From contig NIVC01003246.1 in NCBI GenBank assembly GCA_002269645.1, positions 45,215-109,214 of the forward strand: a stretch of DNA of 64,000 nt. Direction: 5' to 3'. The stretch is from Macrostomum lignano (Eukaryota). Below, piece by piece: positions 11,901 to 28,572 of this stretch; the first letter of the stretch is position 1, and the number at the start of each line of letters is the position of its first letter. Both the position numbers and the translations under genes were made by a program. Below the pieces are notes generated by a model, which saw only the letters and a list, made by a program, of their open reading frames with translations, had not been told where the DNA came from and made no database searches.

Positions 11901-14900
11901 CCAAAGCCATAAATCAGGGATCCCAAGAGCCATAAATAAGGGATTCCGAAGCCCATAAGTCAGGGATCCCAAAGCCATAAATCAGGGATCCCAAGAGCCA
12001 TAAATCAGGGACCCAAGAGCCATAAATCTGGGATTCCGAAGCCCATAAATCAGGAATCTCATAAACCATAAATCAGGAATCTCATAAACCATAAATCAGG
12101 GATCCCAAAGCTCATAAATCAGGAATCTCATAAACCATAAATCAGGAATCTCATAAACCATAAATCAGGAATCTCATAAACCATAAATCAGGAATCTCAT
12201 AAACCATAAATCAGGAATCTCATAAACCATAAATAAGGGATCCCAAAGCCATAAATAAGGGATTCCGAAGCCCATAAGTCAGGGATCCCGAAGCCATAAA
12301 TAAGGGATCCCAAAGCCATAAATAAGGGATTCCGAAGCCCATAAGTCAGGGATCCCAAAGCCATAAATAAGGGATTCCGAAGCCCATAAGTCAGGGATCC
12401 CAAAGCCATAAATCAGGGATCCCAAGAGCCATAAATCAGGGATCCCAAGAGCCATAAATAAGGGATTCCGAAGCCATAAGTCAGGGATCCCAAAGCCATA
12501 AATCAGGGATCCCAAGAGCCATAAATAAGGGATTCCGAAGCCCATAAGTCAGGGATCCCGAAGCCATAAATAAGGGATCCCAAAGCCATAAATAAGGGAT
12601 TCCGAAGCCCATAAGTCAGGGATCCCAAAGCCCATAAATCAGGAATCTCATAAACCATAAATCAGGAATCTCATAAACCATAAATCAGGGATCCCAAAGC
12701 TCATAAATCAGGAATCTCATAAACCATAAATCAGGGATCCCAAGAGCCATAAATCAGGGATCCCAAGAGCCATAAATAAGGGATTCCGAAGCCCATAAGT
12801 CAGGGATCCCAAAGTCATAAATCAGGGATCCCAAGAGCCATAAATCAGGGATCCCAAGAGCCATAAATAAGGGATTCCGAAGCCCATAAGTCAGGGATCC
12901 CGAAGCCATAAATAAGGGATCCCAAAGCCATAAATAAGGGATCCCAAGAGCCATAAATCAGGGACCCAAGAGCCATAAATCAGGGACCCAAGAGCCATAA
13001 ATCAGGGACCCAAGAGCCATAAATAAGGGATCCCAAAGCCATAAATCAGGGACCCAAGAGCCATAAATCTGGGATTCCGAAGCCCATAAATCAGGAATCT
13101 CATAAACCATAAATCAGGAATCTCATAAACCAGAAATCAGGGATCCCAAAGCCCATAAATCAGGGATATCAAAAGCCATAAATCAGGGATCCCAAAGCCA
13201 TAAATCAGGGATCCCAAGAGCCATAAATCTGGGATCCCAAAGCCCATAAATCAGGAATCTCATAAACCATAAATCAGGGATCCCAAAGCCCATAAATCAG
13301 GGATATCAAAAGCCATAAATCACGGATCCCAAAGCCATAAATCAGGGATCTCAAAAGCTATAAATCAGGGATCCCGTAAGCCGTAACTCAGGAATCCCAA
13401 AAATCATAAATCAGGGATCCCAAAAGCCATAAGCCATAAATAAAAACACAAAGGATCCCATAGAATCAACAGACCCGTCCGCTCGCTCCTCCTCCCGGCA
13501 GCGGCTGCACACCCACTTGGCGTCACTGGCTGGTCGCTCGGTGACGCGGGGCCGGTGGCAGCTGACGTGGTAGCCTTTGTCGCAGGCGTCGCAGATCAGG
13601 ATGAGCTCGGGGTCGCCGCTGCCCGAGCACACGCAGCAGGTCTTGCACTCGGAGCACTGCCACGGCGACTGGCAGGCCCTGGCGGCCAGCTCCGGCCCGT
13701 ACAGCATGCAGCTGGGGTGCGCCTGGGGCGGGCGGGTGCTGCGTGGCAGGGCTGATCCCAATCGCCATGGCTCTGATCCCAATCGTCATGGCTCTGATCC
13801 CAATCGCCATGGCTCTGATCCCAATCGTCATGGCTCTGATCCCAATAGCCATGGCTCTGATCCCACTCATAGCGGCTCTGATCCCACTCATGACGGCTCT
13901 GATCCCACTCATGACGGCTCTGATCCCACTCATGACGGCTCTGATCCCAATCCCCACGGCTCTGATCCCAATCCCCACGGCTCTAATCCCAATCCCCACG
14001 GCTCTGATCCCAATCCCCACGGCTCTGATCCCAATCCCCACGGCTCTAATCCCAATCCCCACGGCTCTAATCCCAATCCCCACGGCTCTAATCCCAATCC
14101 CCACGGCTCTAATCCCAATCACCATGGCTCTAATCCCAATCCCCACGGCTCTGATCCCAATCACCATGGCTCTAATCCCAATCCCCACGGCTCTGATCCC
14201 ACTCATGACGGCTCTGATCCCAATCGTCATGGCTCTGATCCCAATCACCACGGCTCTGATCCCAATCCCCACGGCTCTAATCCCAATCCCCACGGCTCTA
14301 ATCCCAATCCCCACGGCTCTAATCCCAATCCCCACGGCTCTAATCCCAACCCCCACGGCTCTAATCCCAATCCCCACGGCTCTAATCCCAATCCCCACGG
14401 CTCTGATCCCAATCCCCACGGCTCTAATCCCAATCACCATGGCTCTAATCCCAATCCCCACGGCTCTGATCCCAATCCCCACGGCTCTAATCCCAATCAC
14501 CATGGCTCTAATCCCAATCCCCACGGCTCTGATCCCAATCACCATGGCTCTGATCCCAATCCCCACGGCTCTGATCCCACTCATGACGGCTCTGATCCCA
14601 ATCCCCACGGCTCTAATCCCAATCCCCACGGCTCTGATCCCAATCACCACGGCTCTGATCCCAATCGTCATGGCTCTGATCCCAATCACCACGGCTCTAA
14701 TCCCAATCACCATGGCTCTAATCCCAATCCCCACGGCTCTGATCCCAATCACCATGGCTCTAATCCCAATCCCCACGGCTCTGATCCCACTCATGACGGC
14801 TCTGATCCCAATCCCCACGGCTCTAATCCCAATCCCCACGGCTCTGATCCCAATCACCACGGCTCTAATCCCAATCCCCACGGCTCTGATCCCAATCACC

Positions 14901-17900
14901 ACGGCTCTAATCCCAATCACCATGGCTCTAATCCCAATCCCCACGGCTCTAATCCCAATCCCCACGGCTCTAATCCCAATCCCCACGGCTCTAATCCCAA
15001 TCCCCACGGCTCTGATCCCAATCCCCACGGCTCTAATCCCAATCACCATGGCTCTAATCCCAATCCCCACGGCTCTGATCCCAATCACCATGGCTCTAAT
15101 CCCAATCCCCACGGCTCTGATCCCACTCATGACGGCTCTGATCCCAATCCCCACGGCTCTAATCCCAATCCCCACGGCTCTGATCCCAATCACCACGGCT
15201 CTAATCCCAATCCCCACGGCTCTGATCCCAATCACCACGGCTCTAATCCCAATCACCATGGCTCTAATCCCAATCCCCACGGCTCTAATCCCAATCCCCA
15301 CGGCTCTAATCCCAATCCCCACGGCTCTAATCCCAATCCCCACGGCTCTGATCCCAATCCCCACGGCTCTAATCCCAATCACCATGGCTCTAATCCCAAT
15401 CCCCACGGCTCTGATCCCACTCATGACGGCTCTGATCCCAATCCCCACGGCTCTGATCCCAATCCCCACGGCTCTGATTCCAATCGCCACGGCTGATCTC
15501 AACCCGGGGCCACGGCTATCACAAGTCAACCCAACTCGACAAAGCGGCCCGCGATTCGACATCCTAACTCGTCTTTTCAACATCCGCATTACAGATCCCA
15601 TCACTATTCACTCCTTGTCTCAGCCTCAATCCCCGACTCTACATTCTGTTCATATTCCCATCCCTATCAAAATTTAAATCCCACATCCCATCCCACACTG
15701 AATCCCATCCCCCAAATCCCATCCAGTGCCGATCCCAACCCCACCTTGTGCGCGCAGTCCCGGCAGCGCAGCATCCGCTCGGGGACGCCCATGCGATTCG
15801 CACTTGGAGGCGACTGGCAGAAGTCGCACAGGTCCGGTGAATTCGCCGAGCCGCCGCCGCCGCCGCCACCGCTGGCCGAGGCGGCCGCGTCCATGGAGGA
15901 TGAGGAGGCGGAGGGGGCGCGAGAGGCCACCACCGGCGACTTCTTCCGACGGCGGCGTCGACGCGGAGCGCCGCACAGCCGCAGGTCCAGCGGCGTCGAG
16001 CCGGCACCCGCTGCCCGCTTGACGGCCGGCGGCCCGACGAATTCGTCGCCGTCGCCGTCATCGCCGTTGTCGTTGTCAGCGTCGTCAACGACTGCAGCGG
16101 CCACGGCGGCCACGGCGGCCGCAGCGGCGGCTCGGCGCCGTTTGGCGAGCTGCACCCGCTCCTTGCGGCGGCGCAGGGCCGCCTGGCGCCGCGAGCCGTC
16201 CAGGTCGAGCTGGAAGCGGCTGGGCCCGAGACGGAACAGCCGGCCGGCGGCGGCCTCCCGCTCCAGCGCCTCGGACAGGGCGGTGGCCGACATTGGGGGG
16301 ACTTCGGCATGCTGGCGGAATGCAGATGGGACGAAATGCGAGATAGAGAAAGAAGTGGACGGCCAAGGTGTAGGGGAAAAAGCAAAAGGGCGGGGACAAG
16401 ATGGAGGGAGAAGGAGATGGGAGAAGATGGAGAAGGAGATGGGGAGAAGATGGAGAGGGAGATGGGGAGAAGATGGAGAGGGAGATGGGGAGAAGACGGA
16501 GAGGGAGATAGGGAGAAGATGGAGAGGGAGATAGGGAGAAGATGGAGAGGGAGATGGGGAGAAGATGGAGAGGGAGATGGGGAGAAGAGGGAGAGGGAGA
16601 TGGGGAGAAGATGGAGAGGGAGATGGGGAGAAGATGGAGAGGGAGATAGGGAGAAGAGGGGAGGGAGATGGGGAGAAGATGGAGAGGGAGATGGGGAGAA
16701 GAGGGAGAGGGAGATGGGGAGAAGATGGAGAGGGAGATGGAGAGAAGAGGGGAGGGAGATGGGGAGAAGATGGAGAGGGAGATAGAGAGAAGAGGGGAGG
16801 GAGATGGGGAGAAGATGGAGAGGGAGATGGAGAGAAGAGGGGAGGGGATAAGGAGAGGGAGAGGGGAGAGGAGGAAGAAGGGCAGCGGGGAGATTGGGAT
16901 GAGAGGAAGAGAGGGGGAGGGAGTAAATGAGGTCTATCAGCCAAACTCACTCCCTATTAATCCCTATTGGAATAAGTTTGAAAAACCTGCGGACGCGCAC
17001 ACAGGCCAAAAAATGGCGCCCCAAAAGTGCGACGCAAACACGAATATTGCGGTTATTATTACGGTTATATAATAGCCGTAATGCGACACCTCAGTCCGCG
17101 CGTTTTCTTTATTTTCCAGAGTCGCGACACTGGAAAATTCCTTACTTCGTTCAATGGAAAGCATCGCAGCTAAGGACTGATGTCGCAGAGACTGGCATGA
17201 CAATGGGGATGTGCAGGGATTAAGCCCCATAAGTCAATCAGCAGCAACGCACCTGCTGCAGCAGCAGCATCCGAGCGTGCAGCATCTGGACGGTGAAGGT
17301 GGCACCGTCCGGGAGGCTCTTGGCTGCGGCGAGCACCCGCTGGGTGGTGTCCGGGCTGTTCCGGCCGCTGGCCAGCTCCTTCCGGCGGTGCCAGCTGGAG
17401 GCGTTTCGGTAGGACACGGAGCCCTTGTACTCCACCCGCATCACCTGGCGCTGTTCGACAAGGCGCTGCAGGATGCTGGCCACGGCATCCCGGGTGAGCT
17501 CGGCGCCTCCGGGATTCTGCTGCCGCTGACGGTTGGCCTGGAGAAGCGGGGCGGCGGTTCGAACTGCGAATTGAGCGCTTCGGGGTTGAAATGATTCTGG
17601 GAAATAATCTATAGGGGAAGAGTTGCCGCTAGCAATGATGAGTCAGCTTCCACTTTATGGCAGCGAATTCGGATTGGGTGACTCTTGGCCATAGACAGTT
17701 GGTTGACTGCCTACGCAGCTCGTTTCCTTCGGACTATGAGGCTCGCACCAACCTCTGCTCCTGCGAGTGTTCTGGAGAACATCAGGCGCCGAAAATGAGT
17801 TTCAAGTGATTGACAGAGAAAATGAGTTTCCGATGAGTATCCGATTGAGAAAATGAGTTTCCGATGAGTATCCGACTGAGAAAACGAGTATCCGATGAGT

Positions 17901-18495
17901 ATCCGATTGAGAAAATGAGTTTCCGATGAGTATCCGATTGAGAAAACGAGTTTCTAGTGAGTGTCAGACTGAGAAAATGAGTTTCTGGTGAGTGTCAGAC
18001 TGAGAAAACGAGTTTCTAGTGAGTGTCAGACTGAGAAAATGAGTTTCTGGTGAGTGTCCGACTGAGAAAACGAGTTTCTAGTGAGTGTCAGACTGAGAAA
18101 ATGAGTTTCTGGTGAGTGTCCGACTGAGAAAACGAGTTTCTAGTGAGTGTCAGACTGAGAAAATGAGTTTCTGGTGAGTGTCCGACTGAGAAAACGAGTT
18201 TCTAGTGAGTGTCAGACTGAGAAAATGAGTTTCTGGTGAGTGTCCGACTGAGAAAAGTTACTCTCATGCGAAAAGCAATAATGCTAGAGTCAATAAAAAG
18301 CACCAGAGTTCATATACACAATAAATAGCGATATTTTACCATGACGAAGATTCGCTCAACATCCGGTCGGGCCTTGCGGTCTCTCAGCTTGTCGATGACG
18401 CTCAAAACCGTCGCCATCCAGTCGTCAAGATGGCGATCAGACGAATCGGACAGGGTGTCCGCCTGCTGCTGCGCGGCCTCTGATTGCTCCGGCAT
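8936..18495 (-). CDS. SAMD1: SAMD1-like chromatin protein: winged helix + second WH/H15-like segment + double PHD finger + C-terminal SAM (~518 aa, 6 exons)
   Basis: Exons 18495-18340, 17537-17253, 16311-15745, 13722-13475, 10614-10339 and 8960-8936 total 1557 nt with GT-AG introns and consistent phases. WH: WMATVLSVIDKLRDRKARPDVERIFVM...LQRLVEQRQVMRVEYKGSVSYRN. PHD1: CDFC...CRDC..KAHPSC. PHD2: WQCSECKTCCVC...ICDACDKGYHVSC. SAM: WSIAQVRSWL...EQEIDGASLMLM...LGLKLGPAVKV. Confidence 0.88.
9050..10290. repeat. 24/25-bp minisatellite (TGGGATCAATGGGATCTAAGTGAT) in SAMD1-like intron 5
   Basis: About 50 tandem units filling intron 8961-10338. Confidence 0.95.
10670..13435. repeat. 22-23-bp minisatellite family (GCCATAAATCAGGGATCCCAAGA and variants) in SAMD1-like intron 4
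   Basis: More than 100 units with recurring variant blocks. Confidence 0.95.
13750..15495. repeat. 21-bp minisatellite (GGCTCTGATCCCAATCCCCAC) in SAMD1-like intron 3
   Basis: About 83 units; the 21-bp unit creates the 639-693 aa pseudo-ORFs. Confidence 0.95.
16400..16920. repeat. Purine-only ~23-bp minisatellite (GGGGAGAAGATGGAGAGGGAGAT) in SAMD1-like intron 2
   Basis: Tandem G/A-rich units inside intron 16312-17252. Confidence 0.9.
17815..18255. repeat. 31-bp minisatellite (GAGAAAATGAGTTTCTGGTGAGTGTCAGACT) in SAMD1-like intron 1
   Basis: About 14 units alternating two variants. Confidence 0.92.
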
Positions 18496-19926
18496 GGCCA
18501 AATAAAAGGCAAAGGAAGATGGACTCTCGTGTCTTTGTTTTTGAGAGGCGCGAAAGAAGAGCAAATTGCGGCCTTTTCTCTAAACTTTCTTGTCTCTTAA
18601 ACAAGCTCGATTTTCACTTAGCAAGCAACCAGGGCCGCTATTAAAGCTATTTTACTTCAGTTCTAAAGGCAAAAGCCGCTCCGGTGTCGCGCGACGCGTT
18701 TGCGCGCAAAAATTGGGGGCCCGCCCGCTCGCAAAAGTCCCGGCGGTCCAAAGGGAAACGCAGCAGAAAAGAGAAAAGGTGGCAGGCGCGGCCCGGGCTG
18801 GACTGCTTTGGCTAGCTGGGGTCTGGGCTGTGTAGAGTTTGGCTACAAGGTGAAGGCCCAGATGGGGGGTGGGGCGGGGGGTTGGCTGAATTCGCGCGCC
18901 GGACCTAAAAGGGCGGAAAGGAGAGAGAAATTGGGGTGGCGGGCGCTGTTCTATTTTTAGAACTCATACGCTGAATTGGGGGACGGGTTGGAGCAACCCC
19001 GCCTCCCCCTGGCGCTCACTGGCTGGGTAGGTTTCAGGGGGTGGGGTTTGTGAACAGGAGGCCGGGGTTGGCGTCTGGTTCAGGCAGGAGGTTGAGGCGC
19101 AGAAGGACCGCGCGTAGTACGCAAAAACGAGAAGACAGGACAGGAACATTGGGGCTGTGGAGAAGAGCAGAATAGGAATTGCGCTTGCGAAAAGGAGGCA
19201 GCTTTGGTACCCCGCTCGGGCTCAGCGGACCGCCTCCCCCTTAAACACAGCCAGTCATGAGGGCTGAAAGAGGACTGCGAACTAGCCGAGGGAAAACCTT
19301 ATCTTGCACAAATGGAGACGCCTCTCGATGCGATTTGCCAGTTCTCCGCGCGTTTCCCCTCTTTCTCACTCTTCCTCCATTGCGCAGCGGCTTCTGCTGT
19401 TTGCAACCGAAAAGTGGCATGGCAACGTTCCGCACTTCCGAGTTCGCTTGTAAATTTAAAGCTGTTTCGAATTCGAAATTTGCGATAGTAGAGCAGTCTG
19501 CGATGCTGACCGGGCACTACCAAGGGGTGTGTGTGTATGAGAAATGGCAAACATTCTAACAGGCCAAAATTCTACTAAGAGCATATAAAAAAGGCAATGG
19601 CGCTGCGCCAGTAGGGTCTGTATGGGATTCAAATTGTGAGTCCCTTAACAAGCATCGGGGTTATGAGATGAGATGATCAATCAGTTTCGGAGAAACTGAA
19701 AGGAACTCTTGAAATATTGGCGTCATTGAATCATGATCTCCAATCTCCATCACACTCCAATCTACACTACGCACCGTGGTCGCAAACCAAGGTTGGTAGA
19801 GTCCTTAACGCCCGGCCCGTCCGCATCAGGCTGTCGAGGAAGCGCTGAGTTCGCACCCCTCCTCGCCAAGTACGTGATGCCGTCAGCGTGAACAGCAGCC
19901 CCTCATGAGTTCCGAGTCTCATCCGG

Positions 19927-20070
19927 GATGATGTAGCCTTCCAGCTGGAGTCATCGCACGCGAGGATGATGTTGTCAGCCTGCTGGAGTCATCGCATGCG
20001 AGAATGATGTTGTCAGCCTGCTGGAGTCATCGAAGGCGCGGATGATGTGGCCTGTAATCTGGAGTCGCCT
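19927..20070. repeat. 38-bp tandem repeat, about 4 copies
   Basis: GATGATGT-starting units at 19927, 19965, 20003 and 20041. Confidence 0.75.
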
Positions 20071-21613
20071 GTGGAAAAGCAAGTCATGCCATCTTAAGAC
20101 GAATGTTTCAGACGGCCAGTGGGAGCCTCATCTTCTACGCTCGTACGACTGACCCTCAGCGACTAACTGGCAGGCCCAAATCCTCGCGAACTTCGGGCAC
20201 CAGACCACTCATTAGCCGCGAAAAAAAGCAGCATTAGCTGGAAACCTGCAGCCCGATGTCGTCGTGCGGCATGCAACGCTGCGAACGGTCTTCTGTGTGG
20301 TTGAGCGCTCGTATAAGCACGCTGCCAAATTTCGGCACAAGGGTAACAAATCTAACAATTCCTACTTAATTTGAAGCTCCTTATCGCCATAAAATAAGTG
20401 AAATATATTATATATTTATTTATTATTTATTATTATTGTCACTGTTGTTATTATTTATTTTATTATTATATTAGATATAATGTCCATTAAAATGTTAAAT
20501 GGTAAAAATCTGATTGCCGTAGAACAATGTGCACTCTTTTGAGCACAGACACAAGCGTGCAATTCGAGTTAGCACGCCTAGCTAGCACAAGCGTGCAATT
20601 CGAGTTAGCACGCCTAGCTAGCACAAGCGTGCAATTAGAGTTAGCACGCCCAGCTGGCACAAACGCAATTGGAATGGCGTGCCCAAGCCTGCGCGAAGGT
20701 CACTGCAGTTTTTGTGTACATACGCCAATGCGCGCTTATTTAACAAACTTTCCAAAAAACGTTCTTTCTTTTGCAGCTCTCGCCATAGCGAGTTTCAAGT
20801 GCGAAGCCAACGGAAACCCTAAAAAACTAGGGAAAGTGGGGGTCGTGACCCACATATCAAAATATGCGCGAGAAAGTGAGACAATCACAAAATGCGCTGT
20901 CAGGTTAGGTCTTATACGAGTAAACCATGAGCAGTGCCCACAGGGCGGGCCTCCTGGCTAGGGCGCGAACGTAGGCACCAGCCAGCTAGCCGTCAACGCC
21001 GAGTGCCTGTCCTCACCGGTAGGGTTGCCGGCAGCTTCAGCAGCAGCACCTCTTGCACCGGCTGTGGGCAGTGCGATTCGGTATAGATAATACGTACGGC
21101 CTGCCAGCTGAAGTCGCAACAGGTCGCTTGAACAGACCAGGCGATAGAGCACCGCGTACATATTAAGGGCATAAAACCTTAAGAGTTTCTCTGGCGCAAT
21201 GCATGCCCGAATCAGCTGTCTCAGCAAAGCGCTTAAGAGAGCCCTAAACGCATGCATTTTGATGCGTCAGTATCCATCCACTCCAGAAAAAACCCTGAGC
21301 GTCACGAACCCCATTGCCAATACGCACTTTTAATTGCATTCACTGCCACGTGACCGCAGGTAAATCTAAGTCTCAACGTCAGCAGTTGAGCCTTTTTTCG
21401 AATTTTTGCGTTATCATTGCCAGCAAAGATTTGCGTCATGGCAACTGGCGGCAGCGGCGCGTTTCCGCCTTATCTGAAGGCTACAAAGCAAAATTCAATT
21501 GATAAGCGAAGTTACACTTAAAGGGTTCACGAAACCATTTCTCTCTTTCGCTCTCGCTTTTTTGCACCTGCTGAAATTTCAAATCTGTAGAAGACAGCAA
21601 GGACCAGCAAGGC

Positions 21614-26434
<4,821 letters not shown>

Positions 26435-27003
26435 GCTCCGCGAGAGCGCAACAACGACATCTTAGTTGAACTCCCATTGATTTTTAATGGTTTGATATAA
26501 TTAACTCTTATTCAATACTGCTATCCTACTTTCGAGCTAGTAGTATGGATCGTTTTTTGTTGAAAATTTCATCCATGACTATTGAATTCTCTCCTGGTTC
26601 TACGCTCCTAACTACTCCAAAAGCCGAAGAGTGAATGTTACGATGTTTTTACACTTTTTATTAAGTTGAAAATAAATTGGATCAGCGAATTCTAAGGCTA
26701 AAATAGTGGGGAAAAATATCGGAAATCTGAAATCGAAGAACTGAATCATTTTTCACGGGTAAAATCTATGAGTTTAACATTTCTAAGAAAGATGACACTT
26801 TTAACAAAGTTGAGTAAGTGTAGATAAAATACATGCATATATGATAGCTAATATGTTTCGGAGTTTAATCAAACCAGTGATTAAAATATAACGCAAAACT
26901 AATCCGCAAAAAAACTAAGGCCTGGACGCGCTGCAGATGAATAAACAAGATGAAATTGAGTAACAGTTTTTATTGTCCAATTGTCTCAAAAATCCGTCCA
27001 ACG

Positions 27004-28572
27004 TCACTCCTTGCTCTTGCCGCGTCGGGTCAGCCGCAGCGGGAACTCGGGCGCCTCGATTCCCAGTGGCGACACGTCGTAGTGGAAGGGCATGGGCCCC
27101 CCGGTGGACTCCACCCGGCACTCGAGCAGCAGGCGCAGAGTGAAATTGTACAGCAGCTGCATCGCCAGCTTACTGCCGGCGCACTTGCGGAAGCCGGCCC
27201 CGAATGCGGGAAACGCGGCGCCGGCCGCCTCTAGGAAGGCGCCCTCCTCGTCCAGGAAGCGCCCTGGCTGGAAGGCGTCCGGCTCGGACCACAGCGAGGC
27301 GTCCCGACTGGCCGACCACATGTTGCAGAGCACGATGGTTCCCTTGGCCACCCTGGTGCCGCACTCCAGCGTGAAGTCCCTCACAGCGCAGTGCGGGATG
27401 AGGAACAGCAGGCCGCATGAGTGCCGCAGCACCTCGGCAATAAAGGCGCGCAGCTTCGGCAGCTGCTGTCGCTCGGCCCAGCTGATGGCGGTCCGGCCCG
27501 GTCCGAGCTGCTCCCGAAGCTCGTCGACTACACTGGCCTGCCAGTTTGGGTGCATCGCCAGGTAGTACAGAATCCAGCGCACAACCGACACCGTGGTGCT
27601 GACCGAGGCGCCCATGATGTCCGTGAGCAGCCGTCCGGCCGTTTCGTTGTTGCAGACGTCTCCAAACTCGTCCGATAGGCAGCGAGCCGCCTCCCCCGGT
27701 TGACGGCTCTCGGCGTCGCGATGGACCAGGTCCACTATTGCCGAGTCGACTTGGTCGGACACGCTCTTGAACTCGGCCAGCCGACCCGGCAGCAGGCGGG
27801 CAACTGGCGGCACCATGTCAGCCAGGCAGAGCAGCAGGGAGTTGTTGTTTCCTAGCGAGTGCACCGCGTCAACCACCTTCGTGAACGGCGAGTCCGGGTT
27901 GCTGATGCACCTCTCGAACCAGCCCGGAGTGCGAGCGTGCAGCACAGAGTACAGGATGGAGCTCATCCACTTCTTCAAGTGGCGCATGCTGCTCACTGGG
28001 CCGTCGGTGCCTTCGCCTAGAAGTCCATCGACAAGGCGCGCCGTCTCCTCGGAGGCGAGCTCCTCGACCAGGCCGGAGTAGCGCCTGTCGTAGCGAATCA
28101 GCCCGGCGTGCATGAGGCGGCGATCGCGCAGGTACCAGCTGCCAGAACCGAAGGCAACTGAGCGGCCGCCGCTGATTGTGCGGAAGGTGTTCCAGTCCGG
28201 CCGGTCGCAGATGTCCCTGCCGTGCTCGGTGAGCACATGTCGGATCGCAGCCGTGCCGTTGACCACCAGAGCAGGCCAGAGACCCATTCGGATGAAATAA
28301 ATGTTGCCGTACACTCGCGACCACTCCAGCAGGCGGATGTGCGGCTGGGTGCCCAACCTGGGCAGGTGGCCGATCACCGGGAAGCCCCACGGTCCGTGCT
28401 GACCTTTGACTCCGGTGCAGATGAGTGGCGCGGCCAGTACGCTCGCCACCTTGACCCAGAGCCACACCAGAAGGTAAATCAGGACTCCAGCGCACAGTCC
28501 GAGTCCGAGATCGACGCCCAGCTTAACTCCTCGCTCCGTTTCGCTCCCGCCGCTTTTGTTTTGGCTCTCCAT
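27004..28572 (-). CDS. Cytochrome P450, clan 2, CYP1-like; intronless, 522 aa
   Basis: N-terminal TM anchor; GPWGFPVIGHL Pro-rich hinge; RPDWNTFRTISGGRSVAFG; I-helix DIMGASVSTT; ExxR (EVLR); FQPGRFL; heme motif FGAGFRKCAG. Confidence 0.95.
   Translation of the reverse strand: MESQNKSGGSETERGVKLGVDLGLGLCAGVLIYLLVWLWVKVASVLAAPLICTGVKGQHGPWGFPVIGHLPRLGTQPHIRLLEWSRVYGNIYFIRMGLWPALVVNGTAAIRHVLTEHGRDICDRPDWNTFRTISGGRSVAFGSGSWYLRDRRLMHAGLIRYDRRYSGLVEELASEETARLVDGLLGEGTDGPVSSMRHLKKWMSSILYSVLHARTPGWFERCISNPDSPFTKVVDAVHSLGNNNSLLLCLADMVPPVARLLPGRLAEFKSVSDQVDSAIVDLVHRDAESRQPGEAARCLSDEFGDVCNNETAGRLLTDIMGASVSTTVSVVRWILYYLAMHPNWQASVVDELREQLGPGRTAISWAERQQLPKLRAFIAEVLRHSCGLLFLIPHCAVRDFTLECGTRVAKGTIVLCNMWSASRDASLWSEPDAFQPGRFLDEEGAFLEAAGAAFPAFGAGFRKCAGSKLAMQLLYNFTLRLLLECRVESTGGPMPFHYDVSPLGIEAPEFPLRLTRRGKSKE

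Noticed and set aside
13523-15677. Three 639-693 aa ORFs (GIRAVGI / HGSNPNP / ALIPIPT repeats)
   Set aside because: Artefacts of a stop-free 21-bp intronic minisatellite; the flanking PHD exons splice around it in frame.
20958-21257. 99-aa minus-strand ORF between the SAMD1-like and PanK genes
   Set aside because: No motif, splice support or homology recognised.
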